DNA of 64,000 bases from the NCBI RefSeq assembly GCF_006345805.1, contig NC_043001.1, positions 127,286,001-127,350,000 on the forward strand, written 5' to 3'. Both the position numbers and the translations under genes were made by a program. Under the pieces are notes generated by a model, which was not told where the DNA came from, made no database searches, and saw only the letters and a program-made list of their open reading frames with translations. This DNA is from Octopus sinensis. Lineage: Eukaryota. The stretch's first letter is position 1. Every line of letters starts with the position of its first letter. This document shows, one piece after another, positions 23,840-36,624 of the stretch.

Positions 23840-24350
23840 TTATATTTTATTGGAATTTTCCACTAGTAATCCTAATTTCTGAAGGTGTGGATACATTCCG
23901 GTCACGGTTTATCTTTAGTATGATCATCGGAACAATCTTTCCTGATGATAACTTTGTAGACGGTTTTAACGATAATGTTATGTTGTATGGGAAGGTAGTT
24001 TCTTGCGGCATTTTGAACCGCTGATGTGGGTGATATCCTCCATGCTGGTATGTCGCAATCAAAATTACCTATCACGACGTAGAGGTCTAAGGACATCCCT
24101 ATCTCTCTTCTTGTTCAGGTATTTAATATCAATCTGCCATTCTTAGCAAAGACATACCCTTCTGGATGAGATGAGATGAGGTATATCTATCACAGGCCCA
24201 AGAGAGGTTCCTGTCAGTGTTGAAGGTATTCTCTAGATTGCAGGGTATGTATGCACCCATGTGTAACTTTCTGCTATGATGAGTGTTTCTGTTTAAGGAG
24301 GTTCGTTCAGTAACCTTTGGTTCAAATGGAACAGTTGTACACTTAGATAA
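23840..24350 (-). mobile_element. Possible decayed LINE endonuclease (APE) fragment
   Basis: LYVVIGNFDCDIPAW resembles the APE GDFN.H...W motif; heavily broken. Confidence 0.3.
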
Positions 24351-24630
24351 CCGCCTTATGTGTTATTCACCTAATCTATTGATATGATTTTTGCTGTTGA
24401 ATACAAACACGATGCTCTCATCTCACATTCTTTTTTAGCTCAATAACTAATGTCTAAATGATGTGATGCAGCACTTAAAAGCCGTCTCATCTAGTTTTAT
24501 GATCTTACTGCCATCCTTTCCTTTAACATATATCCTGTCAGTGTCACTGGTAATTTGGAAGTTGCCAGTGGTCATCGCTTTCTTTCTCGTTTTGGTGTTC
24601 AGCCACAAGTCTCTTCTAGTACCCAGTATA

Positions 24631-25835
24631 CGAGGTGAATTGAAAGTTCATAGTCTAACTATGAAGGAGAGATGCTAGAACTGTGAAATCTTGCATGTGT
24701 TTATTTCAACTATTCTTATTCATAACTTCATTGTTTCTTTCCAGGTTAGAACTGACATATGCCTGTTCAAAGAACACTTGAAAATTAACTAGCAGCGACA
24801 TCGCTCGAAAACCGACGAAATTTGGCATCAAGTGCCTGCAGAAAAAGGGTTTAGCCTCCAATGGGCTGACCCTCCAGCTTTATCAACAGAACAAAAGTGG
24901 GCTGCTGGATTTAGGAAGAGAAGGGAAAGTGTCGAAGATAACCCAATATATGGACGTCCCGCAACTGTCACATTGATGATCATTACTTTTGTTCACCACA
25001 TGGTGATAGATGACAGGCGATTGACTATAAATCAAATAGCCAATGCTATTAGCATATCTCTTGAGAGAGTTGAGAATATTTTGCAAAATGAACTTGGCAC
25101 GACGAAGGTTTCTATTCGGCAAGTGCCACGTCTTGTGACACCTGGTCAAAAACGCACCTGGCTGATCACATCAAGGTAAAAATCTGACTTTGTTTCAGGC
25201 AGATTCAGCTGGTTTCCTTCACCGTTTCCGAAGCCAGAATGAGTGTTGGCCTCATCAATTTGGTAAGAGACAAAGACACAATCCATGCGTGGAAATACCC
25301 CTCCTCACCTGCTTCAAAGAAGGCCAAGGTCGTTTAATCTGCAGGGAAGGTGATGGACTCAATTTTGGGGTGGGGAATGCAAAAGGCATTGTGTTTATTG
25401 ACTATCTTCAAAAGGGCCACATCATCAATAGAGAGCACTATGCCAACTTACTAAGACATTTGCGAAAGGCCCAGGAAAATTGACGAAAAGGTTTTTGCTT
25501 CATCGGGACCATGCTCCAGCACACAAGTCTTTACTTTCAGTAACTGCTGTGTGTGACTGAGGCTTTGACCTGGTTGATCAGCTTCCCTATTCTCCTAACT
25601 AACATGAAAAGACACTTGGCTGAGAACCAGTATTGCAGTGATGATGACGTCATATCTACTTTTGATTTTTTTTTTACCAACAGGATGAAAGATTCATCAC
25701 CAGTGGGATCCAAGCACTACAACACCGATAGATGTGTGCGGGCCGCGAGCAGGGATATGTTGAAAACTAAACCTCATTTGGTCACATACTCTGAAAGTAT
25801 CTTAATTAGCCTATGAACTTTTCAGTTGACCTTCG
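24631..25835 (+). mobile_element. Decayed mariner (DD34D-like) transposon with degenerate TIRs
   Basis: ta|cgaggtgaattgaaagttcatagtctaa ... ttagcctatgaacttttcagttgaccttcg; protein pieces ESVEDNPIYGRP, QIANAISISLERV, KVSIRQVPRLVT, FIDYLQKGHIIN..HYANLL, HRDHAPAH. Confidence 0.9.
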
Positions 25836-25981
25836 CAGGATGTCAAATACTGACACTAGCAATGGCACTGTGAAGGCATTATGGGATATGGTATAAAATG
25901 CAAATATCTCTGAATACCATACCTTCCGAAACCTGCTGAAGTATTCTTTTATCATTCTTGCTTTCGTCATAGCACCAATGT

Positions 25982-26363
25982 GGAGGCGCAATGGCCCAGT
26001 GGTTAGGGCAGCGGACTCGCGGTCGTAGGATCGCGGTTTCGATTCCCAGACCGGGCGTTGTGAGTGTTTATTAAGCGAAAACACCTAAAGCTCCACGAGG
26101 CTCTGGCAGGGGATGGTGGTGGTCCCTGCTGTACTCTTTCACCACAACTTTCTCTCACACTTACTTCCTGTTTCTGTTGTACCTGTATTTCAAGGGGCCG
26201 ACCTTGTCACTCTCTGTGTCACGCTGAATATCCCCGAGAACTACGTTAAGGGTACACGTGTCTGTGGAGTGATCAGCCACTTACACGTTAATTTCACGAG
26301 CAGGTTGTTCCGTTGATTCGGATCAACCGGAACCCTCATCGTCGCAACTGACGGAGTGCTTCC
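25982..26363 (+). mobile_element. SINE family S1, tail type A
   Basis: Near-identical to the 19955 copy. Confidence 0.95.
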
Positions 26364-26476
26364 AAATATATGTATGTATGTCATTATTCAGTTTTATTTC
26401 AAGGTTTCTTGCCAATAGAGAAAGAGCCGATTTCTAAACTAGATCCAAGGCTCCTTCATTGGAATTTCAACATCAA

Positions 26477-26778
26477 CAGAGTGAGTGAGTGAGTGAGTAT
26501 GTATGTATGTATGTATGTATGTATGTATGTATGTATGTATGTATGTATGTATGTATGTATGTATGTATGTATGTATGTATGTATGTATGTATGTATGTAT
26601 GTATGTATGTATGTATGTATGTATGTATGTAGTATGTATGTATGTATGTATGTATGTATGTATGTATGTATGTATGTATGTATGTATGTATGTATGTATG
26701 TATGTGTATGTATGTATGTATGTATGTATGTATGTATGTATGTATGTATGTATGTATGTATGTATGTATGTATGTATG

Positions 26779-26810
<32 letters not shown>

Positions 26811-26890
26811 TGTATGTAGTATGTATGTAGTATGTATGTATGTATGTATGTATGTATGTGTATGTATGTATGTATGCATGTATGTATGAC
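26477..26890. repeat. Long (TATG)n microsatellite, about 410 bp
   Basis: Directly visible. Confidence 0.98.
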
Positions 26891-27185
26891 TGCTGTGGTG
26901 ACTGTGGCTTCGAACTGGTTGGTCAGCTTCCCTATTCTCCTGATTTGTATGTTTTGTTTCATGTATGTATTCTCATGCGTATAGTTGCATATCTATACAT
27001 ACTCATATATACTTAAATGATAAACTTCTGGAAAGTTTTACAGAAGTTTATAGTTTCGGTGATGGCTCGAATCTGTAGTCTTCGAATCAGCTTTCCCCTT
27101 CTGCTTTTGAGAAGCCTAATTTCTTAAGATTGGTATTTAGGAATATCCCAGTGCCCCAGTAATTACAGGTATATGTATGTATATA

Positions 27186-28436
27186 CAGGGATTGGACAAA
27201 ATAATGGAAACATCTAGCATCATAACTTTGAAATATCTATAAAACCGTCGAAAGTTTGTTTATGTTTATTTTTGGTTTATTATTAGTGTTGCTTAATATG
27301 TTTTGCTAAAATTGCTGTTTCTTTTCAGATATCATCATAAAAAAGTAATTAAAATTCATTAAAATGACAGATCTATCGGACTTTCAAAGAGCTCAAATTG
27401 TTGGTGCTCGCATGGCAGGCGCTAGCGTGACGAAAACAGCCGAAATGTTTGGTGTATCAAAAAGTACTGTCTCGAAAGTAATGAGAGCCTTTGAGAAAGA
27501 GGAAAAACCTCCTCGTCGAAACAAAACTCCGGAAGAAAACCAAAACTTTCAGACAGGGACCATCGGACTCTTACGCAAATTGTTAGAAAGGATCACAAAA
27601 GTACAGTTCCCAAAATTACTGCAGAGCTTAATGACCACCTCGAGAACCCAGTTTCCACAAAAACTGTTCACCGGGAGCTGCACAAAGCCAGGTTTCATGG
27701 GAGGGTTGCAATCAGAAAACCACTACTTTCAAAACAAACGTTGCAAAGCGTTTAGAGTGGAGTAAAAATCTACAGAAATGGTCCCTAGAGCAGTGAAAGA
27801 ATGTTATATCCTCGGACGAGTCATCCTTTACCTTATTTCCGACCACTGGCCAAGTATACGTGTGGAGACAGCCTAAAGAAGCATTTGACCCAGACTGCCT
27901 TCTTCCAACTGTTAAACATGGAGGATGATCTGGGGGCTATATCGTGGAAATCCACCGGCCCAATGGTTTCCCTTCGTGGCAGAATTAATAGTCAAGACTA
28001 TTTAAGCATTTTATCTGATCAAATTTTCCTATGGTTGCGGAAGTGTTTCCGAGGGGAAACGGAATCTTTCAGGATGATAATGCACCTATTCACACATCTA
28101 AAGTTGTTACTGAATGGCACGACGAACATTCTAGTGAAGTCGAACATCTTATCTGGCCACCACAGTTCCCAGATTTCAATATTATTGAACATTTATGGTG
28201 CATTATAGAAAAACAAGTAAGGAGTCAATCGATATCCTCCACCATCTTCACCACAAGAACTGGAGACTGTTTCAGCTGAAGAATGGACAAAATTCCTTTG
28301 GAAGCAATTCAAACTTTGTACAAGTCCATACCTCATAGAATTCAAGCTGTAATTAGTGCCAAAGGCGATCCTACCCCATATTAAAATAAATTTGTTTGAA
28401 ATTTCAAGGTGTTTCCATTATTTTGTCCAATCCCTG
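27186..28436 (+). mobile_element. Full-length but frameshifted Tc1-like transposon with perfect 27-bp TIRs
   Basis: TIR cagggattggacaaaataatggaaaca at both ends; 5' TA. Transposase pieces MTDLSDFQRAQIVGARMAGAS, SDES, FQDDNAPIH, WPPQFPDFNIIEHLW. Confidence 0.95.
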
Positions 28437-28464
28437 CATGTATGTATGTATGTATGTATGTATG

Positions 28465-28515
<51 letters not shown>

Positions 28516-29399
28516 GCATGTATATATGTATTTGTGTATGTATGCATGCGAATGTGTGTATGTGTGTGTGAGCGTGTGTGGGTGTGTGTGTGTGTTTGAT
28601 TATTAGAATTTTTTCAACAAAGAGGGAACTTGTTTCCAACAAAGAAATCAAATTCCATTGCTGGAATTTGGAAGAAATACCAGTGCTACATACTGAACTT
28701 TAAAATAGTCTTGCTGACAGACTACCTCTAAAGTGCGTGTTAGCCAGCCCCTTTGTTGGCTGGAATATCCAAGCTTTTTCAGATAATCATTTACACATTT
28801 ACTAATATAAGGGCAAGAATGATTATTGGTATAAATGTGAATTTATAATCAGAGTAGAGGAGCTGAAGGTTTCAAAACAGTTTTCCTTAAATATTGATCT
28901 CTATGACTGTACTTGATTTTCCCTTCCTTTTACAAATAACTAAAGTAGGCTCGTTCTGTTTGCATTTGATCGAAGTTTCCACTAATACTCTTTGCATTCT
29001 ATAAATGTGTGTACTAAATAACACAGGTGTTGTCTATATTTCACAGCAGTCGCCCCTGCTAATGACATTGTATATTATTTTAACAACAATGTCCTGTTGT
29101 AATGGAAAGTAATACTTGATATTTTCCAGCAACAGCTGATTACACGTATAATATGCTTCACAGAAAAAGAACATATTTGACATCTTGAGACTTAAGGACA
29201 TCACTGTCTTCTTTTGTTCATTAGATATTTTATTACTATCTCCAGCTCATAGATTACGAAAGTGTAGCCTTCGATATGTAATATGATGTGAGGATTATGA
29301 ATCCAAAGGGGGCTATCAAGGATCAAGGATCAAAGGGTTCTTCCTGAGCTTATAGTGCCGGTTTCCTGAGCTTATAGTGCCGGTTTCTCGGATTCTCTG

Positions 29400-29571
29400 G
29401 CATTCAAGATTAATCAGCCGAAATAGCGGGGATGATCCGGTTCTTGACTGAGGATAAAAGGCTTCGAATGACCCGTCCTTGTTTTTTTGTATCGTCTATC
29501 TCAATGTTTTGTAGTCCCTTTTTGTATCACCGAGTTGTCCGGATGTTTTGCGTTCTTGTCCCATTTTGTAT

Positions 29572-29580
<9 letters not shown>
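29400..29580 (+). mobile_element. Repeat family X, partial
   Basis: tcaagattaatcagccgaaatagc...ttcttgactgaggat...gaatgacccgtccttg. Confidence 0.7.
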
Positions 29581-29638
<58 letters not shown>

Positions 29639-29764
29639 TATATATATAGCGGCGTACGTACACTTTGTTCTCTTATATATGTGTGTGTGTGTGCTTGTGT
29701 GTGTGTGTATGTATGTATGTATGTATGTATGTATGTATGTGTGTATGTATGTATATATATATAT

Positions 29765-29905
29765 TCAACTCCAGTTGAGCGAACTGGAGCAACGTGAAAT
29801 AGAGTGTTTTGCTCAAGAGCGCGACACATCACCCAGTCCAAGAACCGAAACCACAATCTTATAATCATGGGTACAACAACCTAACCACTAAGTCACGCAC
29901 CTAAG
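29765..29905 (-). mobile_element. SINE family S4, head fragment
   Basis: cagttgagcgaactggagcaacgtgaaat...tgctcaaga. Confidence 0.75.
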
Positions 29906-29929
29906 GGAGGTTATACTTCATGTTAATAT

Positions 29930-30330
29930 TGTCGTCTTCTTGAAGTTTACAGCAACTTACCCTTACATAACCTTTCTGAGGTATACAGAGTGTTTCTCTT
30001 CCAGGTCTTTACTATGATATGCTAATTCTGCGCTTTTGGGTTCACATAGAAGGCTATCTGTAAGTGAGTGCTTCTTGAGGAGTTCTTTATCGACCTATAG
30101 TATTTTATTCACCTCATTCCTGAGTACTTTCTTTATGTATTTATTTTTGCAGCTGTTGTTTAGTACATACTAAGTGAAACCAAACGGTATTCAAAGGCTG
30201 TTTGCACTGATCTTAAACCTCTTCTCACTTTTCTTCTGATATAGAGTCTGTCAATATCCCTGTTTCTTTTGAAGTTTACGGCTGATGTCAAGATCTTGCA
30301 CTTTTAATATCTTAATGTTTATGTATCGCT
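29930..30330 (-). mobile_element. Decayed non-LTR retrotransposon fragment (R4/Dong- or RTE-like C-terminal region)
   Basis: DIDRLYIRRKVRRGLRSVQTAFEYRLVSL resembles the D.DRLY.PR..GGRGL motif; stops and frameshifts. Confidence 0.5.
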
Positions 30331-30610
30331 GGGTCGTGTAAAATAGAAACGCGAAATCTGAGCAACTCGTAATTTTTTTTTTTAATTTGTATATGAATTC
30401 ATAAAGGGATGAAAGAAAGCTGCTATAGTAACTGCAGAAAAGACAATCTAAGTGGGATTAATATGAAAAATCTTCGATTTCAAACTGCTTGGTATTCGCA
30501 GAAATCGAACTGATCCCATATTTTTCTTAGACACATCTATGCTTATAACCATTTGATGTCAGTAGTGGTGTAGGTCATAGAGACAATATAATACACGACT
30601 GAAACCTAAC

Positions 30611-30847
30611 GCGGGCGAGCTGGCAGAAACGTTAGCACGCCGGGCGAAGTGCGTAGCCGTATTTCGTCTGCCGTTACGTTCTGAGTTCAAATTCCGCCGA
30701 GGTTGACTTTGCCTTTCATCCTTTCAGGGTCGATTAAATAAGTACCAATTACGCACTGGGGTCGATATAATCGATTTAATCCGTGTGTCTGTCCTTGTTT
30801 GTCCTCTCTGTGTTTAGCCCCTTGTGGGTAGTAAAGAAATAGGTATT
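30611..30847 (+). mobile_element. SINE family S3
   Basis: Full copy. Confidence 0.9.
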
Positions 30848-31155
30848 TGTTTACTAACCTCTCAGTTCCTGACAGATGGGAGAATAATCACTCCATACGT
30901 TTCTCCAGGCTTCCTTAATGCTAAATTTGCACCGTATTTGGACACCACGTTGCTGTTGTGTGGTTGCTGAGGGATCTTAATAACTTAGAAAGCGAAGCCA
31001 ATTAAGGTTCGTTTTATCATGCTGAATCGGTAAAATAAAAGGGGTGAAAACTAAAAGGGATTCAAACCCAGTGTGCAGACGAAGATATCAGCCATATTTT
31101 CGGACCCATATCGACAAAGAATCGTACAGAATCCTAAAAAGAGAGACTGGAGAGG

Positions 31156-31189
<34 letters not shown>

Positions 31190-31343
31190 TATGGATAAAG
31201 AGACAGAGACAGAGACAGAGAGAGTGGGGTCCCATTGTTGGATGTAGTTATTGTTTGAACCCGAAACAACTCAGTTCTTTCAGGATTATGATCAAAGAAG
31301 TTTCAATTGTTGACCACCCTCCTTTATTTTCTATTTCTAAACA

Positions 31344-31724
31344 GGAGGCGCAATGGCCCAATGGTTAGGGCAGCGGACTCGCGGTCATAGGATCGCGGTT
31401 TCGATTCCCAGACCGGGCGTTGTGAGTGTTTATTGAGCGAAAACACCTAAAGCTCCACGAGGCTCCGGCAGGGGATGGTGCTGATCCCTGCTGTACTCTT
31501 TCACCACAACTCTCTCTCACTCTTACTTCCTGTTTCTGTTGTACCTGTATTTCAAAGGGCCGGCCTTGTCACTCTCTGTGTCACGCTGAATATCCCCGAG
31601 AACTACGTTATGGGTACACGAGTCTGTGGAGTGCTCAGCCACTTACACGTTAATTTCACGAGCAGGCTGTTCCGTTGATCGGATCAACCGGAACCCTCGT
31701 CGTCGTAACCGACGGAGTGCTTCC
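31344..31724 (+). mobile_element. SINE family S1, tail type A, with TSD
   Basis: atttctaaaca duplicated on both flanks. Confidence 0.95.
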
Positions 31725-32326
31725 ATCCATTTCTAAACAATTATTTTCTCGATTTTGAGGGAGATTTGAATACAACTTCTAGCAGGTCACAAACCTTGTT
31801 TGCTAATAGTGATTGTTAGGCATTTGAGTGAAGAAGCATGTTAACGGGAAAATTCTAGAAACATACAAACATAAGTTGTCCAGATGGCAACTTAATGTCA
31901 AAGAAATAATTGATTTTCTCATTAACGAAAAATTATGGGTTTTCTTTTTATCTTTTTCGTTTTACTTTTGTTTGTTTTTTTTAAATTGTGTTTATATTCT
32001 ATCAATTTCAACTAAAAGACTCCAAGTTTTCAGGAAATGTGGAATAGGTTTTTGTTCCTATTTGCTCGGTTGCACAATTTTCTTGAACCCTCTTTCTTAA
32101 ATCCTTAACACACACACGCACATACATACATACATATATATATATATAATATAATATATACAAATAAGAAAATGGAGGAACAGATTCCTTTCAATCATAT
32201 ATATATATATATATATGTATACATACATATATAATATTATATTATATATATATATATATATATATTATAATATATATATATATATATATGTATGTATATG
32301 TATGTATATATATATATATTACTACG

Positions 32327-32686
32327 GCACTACGTTGGTTACGACGACGAGGGTTCCAGTTGATCCAATCAACGGAACTGCTTGCTCGCGAAATTAACGT
32401 GCAATGGATGAACATTCCACAGACACGTATACCCTTAACGTAGTTCTCGGGGAGTTTCAGCGTTACACAGAGTGTGACAAGGCTGGTCCTTTGAAATACA
32501 GGTACAATAGAAACAGGAAGAAAGAGTGAGAAAATGTTGTGGTGAAAGAGCACAGCAGGGTTCGTCCAGCTCCTGCAGGATCTTTAAGTGTCTTCGCTCA
32601 ATAAATACAACGCCCGGTCTGGGAATCGAAACCGCGACCCTATGACCGCGAGTTCGCTGCCCTAACCACTGGGCCATTGCACCTCC
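32327..32686 (-). mobile_element. SINE family S1, tail type A, diverged
   Basis: Reverse complement of S1. Confidence 0.9.
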
Positions 32687-32699
32687 TGTTATGTCTTGT

Positions 32700-33002
32700 T
32701 ATTTGTATTGTATTTGTGTAACATTCTCCGTTTTTTTCCGTCCTTGTTTTCGTATACATTCGCTGCTTTCTTCCAAAGAATCTAATGCTCTTAGCTTAGT
32801 TTTTCTTTGGGGCTGGCCAGATAGGAGCAATCACGAGTATAACCAGCCGAAATTGCAAAAATGATCTGGAACTCGACTGAGGATAGAAAATTCCGAATGA
32901 CCCGTCCTTGTTTTCTTTGTATCGTCTATCTGGATGTTTTGTTGCCCCTTTTTTGTATCACCTAACTGTCTGGATGTTTTGTGTTCGTCTCCCATTTTGT
33001 AT
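32700..33002 (+). mobile_element. Repeat family X
   Basis: Aligns along its length with the reverse complement of 22420-22710. Confidence 0.75.
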
Positions 33003-33049
33003 TATATATATATATATAGCGACGTACGTACATCTTGGTCTCTTATATA

Positions 33050-33423
33050 TCTTTATATATAAAAGTGAAGTTGTGTGCCTGTCTCCTACGATTTAGATTC
33101 CTAACTACTCCCACAACCGGGTATCTTATAGTCGTGATTCATATCGAGCCCTTCTGGGTATTAGCGCGCGTCTACGATGAGTCTACGATTTAAAAAAAAA
33201 TTTACCATCATTTTTATCCATTTTAATGCATTTTTTCGCTATTATATAAGGGAAGTAACTCTCTAAAAATGTCTACGATGAGTCAACGATTTTTAAAAAA
33301 ATTTACCATCATTTTTTTTCCATTTTTAATGCATTTTTTTGCTATTTTTTGGCTATAACTCTCGAAAAATGCTTTATAGTTATTTCCCTTACAAAATCGA
33401 GCAACGCCGGGCGATACTGCTAG
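33050..33423 (+). mobile_element. Non-autonomous Helitron-like element
   Basis: A|TC...CTAG|T ends; subterminal hairpin (cgagcaacgccggg); copies at 42742 and 45865. Confidence 0.85.
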
Positions 33424-33750
33424 TAAGTATATATTTATCTAAATCTTGTACGACTCTATTCTTTCTTTCTATCAGCCCTTTCACGCTTATTCGTTCATTC
33501 CACTCTTCGTTCTTTCGTTCCCCTCTCTCATATTTCCCTCCCTTCTCTTCTTGCTCACTTTCCCTCCTCTTTTCACTTCATTGTCCCTGTCATTTTTTCT
33601 CGCCCCTCCTTAATTATTCTGTCCCTCTACCTCTACTTCTCTCTCTTCTCTCTCCACGTGACCGGTGTCCCTTTTTTGTATCACCCAACTGTCTGGTTGT
33701 TTTGCGTTCTTGCCCCATTTTTATATATTATATATATATATATTTATATT

Positions 33751-33785
<35 letters not shown>

Positions 33786-34429
33786 ATATGTGTACATAAA
33801 TGCGTGTATGTATATGTACATGTGTGTGTAGATATATATACACACACACATGCATATTCATATATGCATATATGCATACGTACATACATACATACATGTC
33901 AGTACAAACAATATTGGTGGAACATATCCTTCAAATCTTCTGCCAAATGCAAATGTAACAGACATGACGTTGCTATCTGGAATAATATAGGTATAGGCAG
34001 TCATAGAAGCCAATTACCCTGCAAATATGACCATCTCTTTCAAAATCAGAAAGAAGAATTTCTATGGATAACTGCTTCAAAACCTGCAGTCCCTTTCTCC
34101 TGATTATAAATTCACGTTTATGCCATACGTTTTTTTGGTTCACCTGGTTCAATTAGTAAATGTCTACACGACAGAATGGAAAAGCTAGGATTTATAAGCA
34201 AAGAGACCGGTTAACACACTTTTTACAAATAAAATCTGTAAGTAGAACAGTAAAAATATACAAGACTTTCCTAAAGTTCAATACCAAACAATTATCGTTA
34301 TTGTTATCCATGTTCTAGTTATTGAGTTTTCGCTTTTCAGCTGGAAAGAACTTTAATATATCATAAAAAGTGAAGTGAAGCGACACCAGTCTCAGAAAAT
34401 CGGTCGTCGGTGAAACTTCGAAGTCACTG

Positions 34430-34620
34430 TCTGCCATTTCCTTCTCTGTTTATGCTGGAAAGTGCGTGTGCGCGCAATCGGAGATAAAGAGCACCCTACT
34501 CGTTTCGTAGAGTGCGGAAAAAGGATGAATGAAGAGAAGGGAGAGGAAGTGACGTCACGAAGAGACCGGAAGAGGGACAACATGACGTCTTGTCAGGAAG
34601 CGAGAGGCTGAAAATGGCCA
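34430..34620. promoter_or_regulatory. Candidate housekeeping-type or bidirectional promoter (ETS-CRE composite, YY1-like motifs)
   Basis: GGAAGTGACGTCA at 34545-34557, CCGGAAG at 34566, TGACGTC at 34583, AAAATGGCC at 34611 (+), GAAATGGCA at 34440 (-); locally CpG-rich. Confidence 0.5.
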
Positions 34621-34862
34621 CTTTCTAAGAGGGTCTGCTGTGAGATCAAATCGTGTTGCTGGGAGTAGTCCTTACTGGCGAGTGGCTGGGGAGTTTACAC
34701 ATGGTTACAGCTGTAAGGTGTAGTTGGTTTTCCCGTGATTCAATGCTCGGAAGTATTGTCGCCGATAGCAACTAGTTATAAGAGCAACTTTATTTCGTGC
34801 CTTACAATATAGAGTTTATATACGTCATTATCAGTTGTTAAGATACTTCCGAGAGTTATATG

Positions 34863-34894
<32 letters not shown>

Positions 34895-34899
34895 ATATA

Positions 34900-35155
34900 C
34901 TGCTGTGTCTGGGGAGAGGCTTTTCTTTTATAATGTAACAGACTCACCGGTAAAATTTCCACTTATTTCTTATTTTATTTTACCTAAAATTTTCGTTGCG
35001 TCTTGCAACCTTTTCAATAGTCTTGACTATTGAAAAGGTTGCAAGACGCAACGAAAATTTTAGGAAAATAAAATAAGAAATAAGCGGAAATTTTACTGGT
35101 GAGCGTGTTACATTAAAAGACACAAAAAGAAAATGACTCTCCCCAGACACAACAG
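34900..35155. repeat. Palindrome with perfect 40-bp inner arms and a 2-nt spacer
   Basis: 34983-35022 is the exact reverse complement of 35025-35064; imperfect pairing extends to about 125 bp per arm. Confidence 0.95.
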
Positions 35156-35212
35156 AATATGCTTCAACACACGAACTCATATAAAGAATCTTGCAAACCA
35201 AATCCAAAAACG

Positions 35213-35287
<75 letters not shown>

Positions 35288-35311
35288 ATTTTTTTTTTTT
35301 TTTTTTTTTTT

Positions 35312-35655
35312 TCTCTAGAAAAACGACGACGCCGTGGTGATCTCATTCTTGCTCACAACATCATAAGCGGAAAGTGTAACCTCTCGAAAGAGCTGTTCTT
35401 CACTCCTGCTTCAGAGCGTCGGCTGCGGGGTCACTTCGAAAAGCTCTATCTGCGACGATTTCATCTCAATCGAAGGAGAGGGGCTTTCTCCGTCCGGGTT
35501 GCGGATCCGTGAAATAAGCTGCCGGACGAGATAGTGAAGATGCCGACGACCGCTCGGTTCAAAGTCTCCCTTGACCACAAATGGCCTGAACTCTTTGCAT
35601 GAACACCACCCTGTACATAACTCCATGTCCCCATACATGGCCTTAACTTAACTTA
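35312..35655 (+). mobile_element. CR1-clade LINE 3' end
   Basis: SLEKRRRRGDLILAHNII...LRGHFEKLYLRRFHLNRRRGAFSVRVADP; (TTAAC)n tail. Confidence 0.9.
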
Positions 35656-35669
35656 TGTGTATATATATA

Positions 35670-36244
35670 TGAATTAAGGTTACCATTGATTTCATGTTAA
35701 GAAGAGTAGGAAAATTTCCTAGTATCTTGACAATTTTTCAAGCCGATCACATGGAGAAAGGTGTTCGCTTCTATTTTGGAAAACAGTCTCGTTTAGTTCG
35801 GGGAATTTCACAAAAATTCGCGTAAATAAAATAATGAAATAATGAATCAAGGGACGTTACTCTAGAAGGCATTTTGGGGATTTGTCACAAACTCCACACA
35901 AAGAAGAAATAAGTCCCAATGACGTACAACCTCAACATACAAGCACAAAAACACAATGTCCAGAACAAGAACAAACAACTAATGTAAAAAAAATTAAGAA
36001 ATTTAGTGAAAAGATAAATCCAAGGGAGACAAACTCCCAAAATGCCTTCTAGAGTAACGTCCCTTGATTCATTATTTCATTGTTTCATTCACACGAACTT
36101 ACGAGAAATCTCGTGAACGGAACGAGGGTGTTTTCAAAAATGGAGGCGAACACATTTCTCCTTGTGATCGGCTTGAAAATTTGTTAAGATACTGGGATAC
36201 TTTCCTACTCTTCTTAACATGAAACCAATGGTAGCCTTAATTCA
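35670..36244. mobile_element. Foldback/MITE-like element, arms about 216 bp, spacer about 141 bp
   Basis: 35670-35886 pairs imperfectly with 36028-36244. Confidence 0.8.
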
Positions 36245-36624
36245 CAAAAAAAAAATGAATGTTAAGCACTCATTTCACCGTTCTACTACATTTACGTATA
36301 TGTGGTGTGTGTGTGTGTGTGTGTCTGTGTGTGTGCACCATCTTATACATATATATAAAAGCAAGTTGTCTGTTTGTTTGTTCGTGTCAAGTTGCCGTGT
36401 CCACCCATTAGCGAATTTTTGTGAAACTTTGCAAACATGCTAAAGTAACATCACTGAAATTTAATAAAAATCTAAAATTAGATGGCTAGGGCCCCTAGAA
36501 GGGATCCACATATATAAACAGTATATTTTCCTTTAACAAACAAGGGAAATAACCCATTCTTTTTCCTAGCCAAGGGAAATAACATATTCATTTTCCTATA
36601 TATAATAAATGAAAAATGTATAAG

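Noticed and set aside
27025-27100. Minus-strand GGAAAG-CUGAUUC...GAAAC...GUA...CUUUCC
   Set aside because: Core lacks G8-A9 and helix I is out of register; too degenerate.
30005-30059. + strand 55-nt exon-like segment (GLYYDMLILRFWVHIEGY) with good splice signals
   Set aside because: Antisense to a decayed LINE fragment; no partner exons.
33339-34103. 254-aa + strand ORF
   Set aside because: Spans a Helitron end, a pyrimidine-rich tract, a family X fragment and microsatellites.
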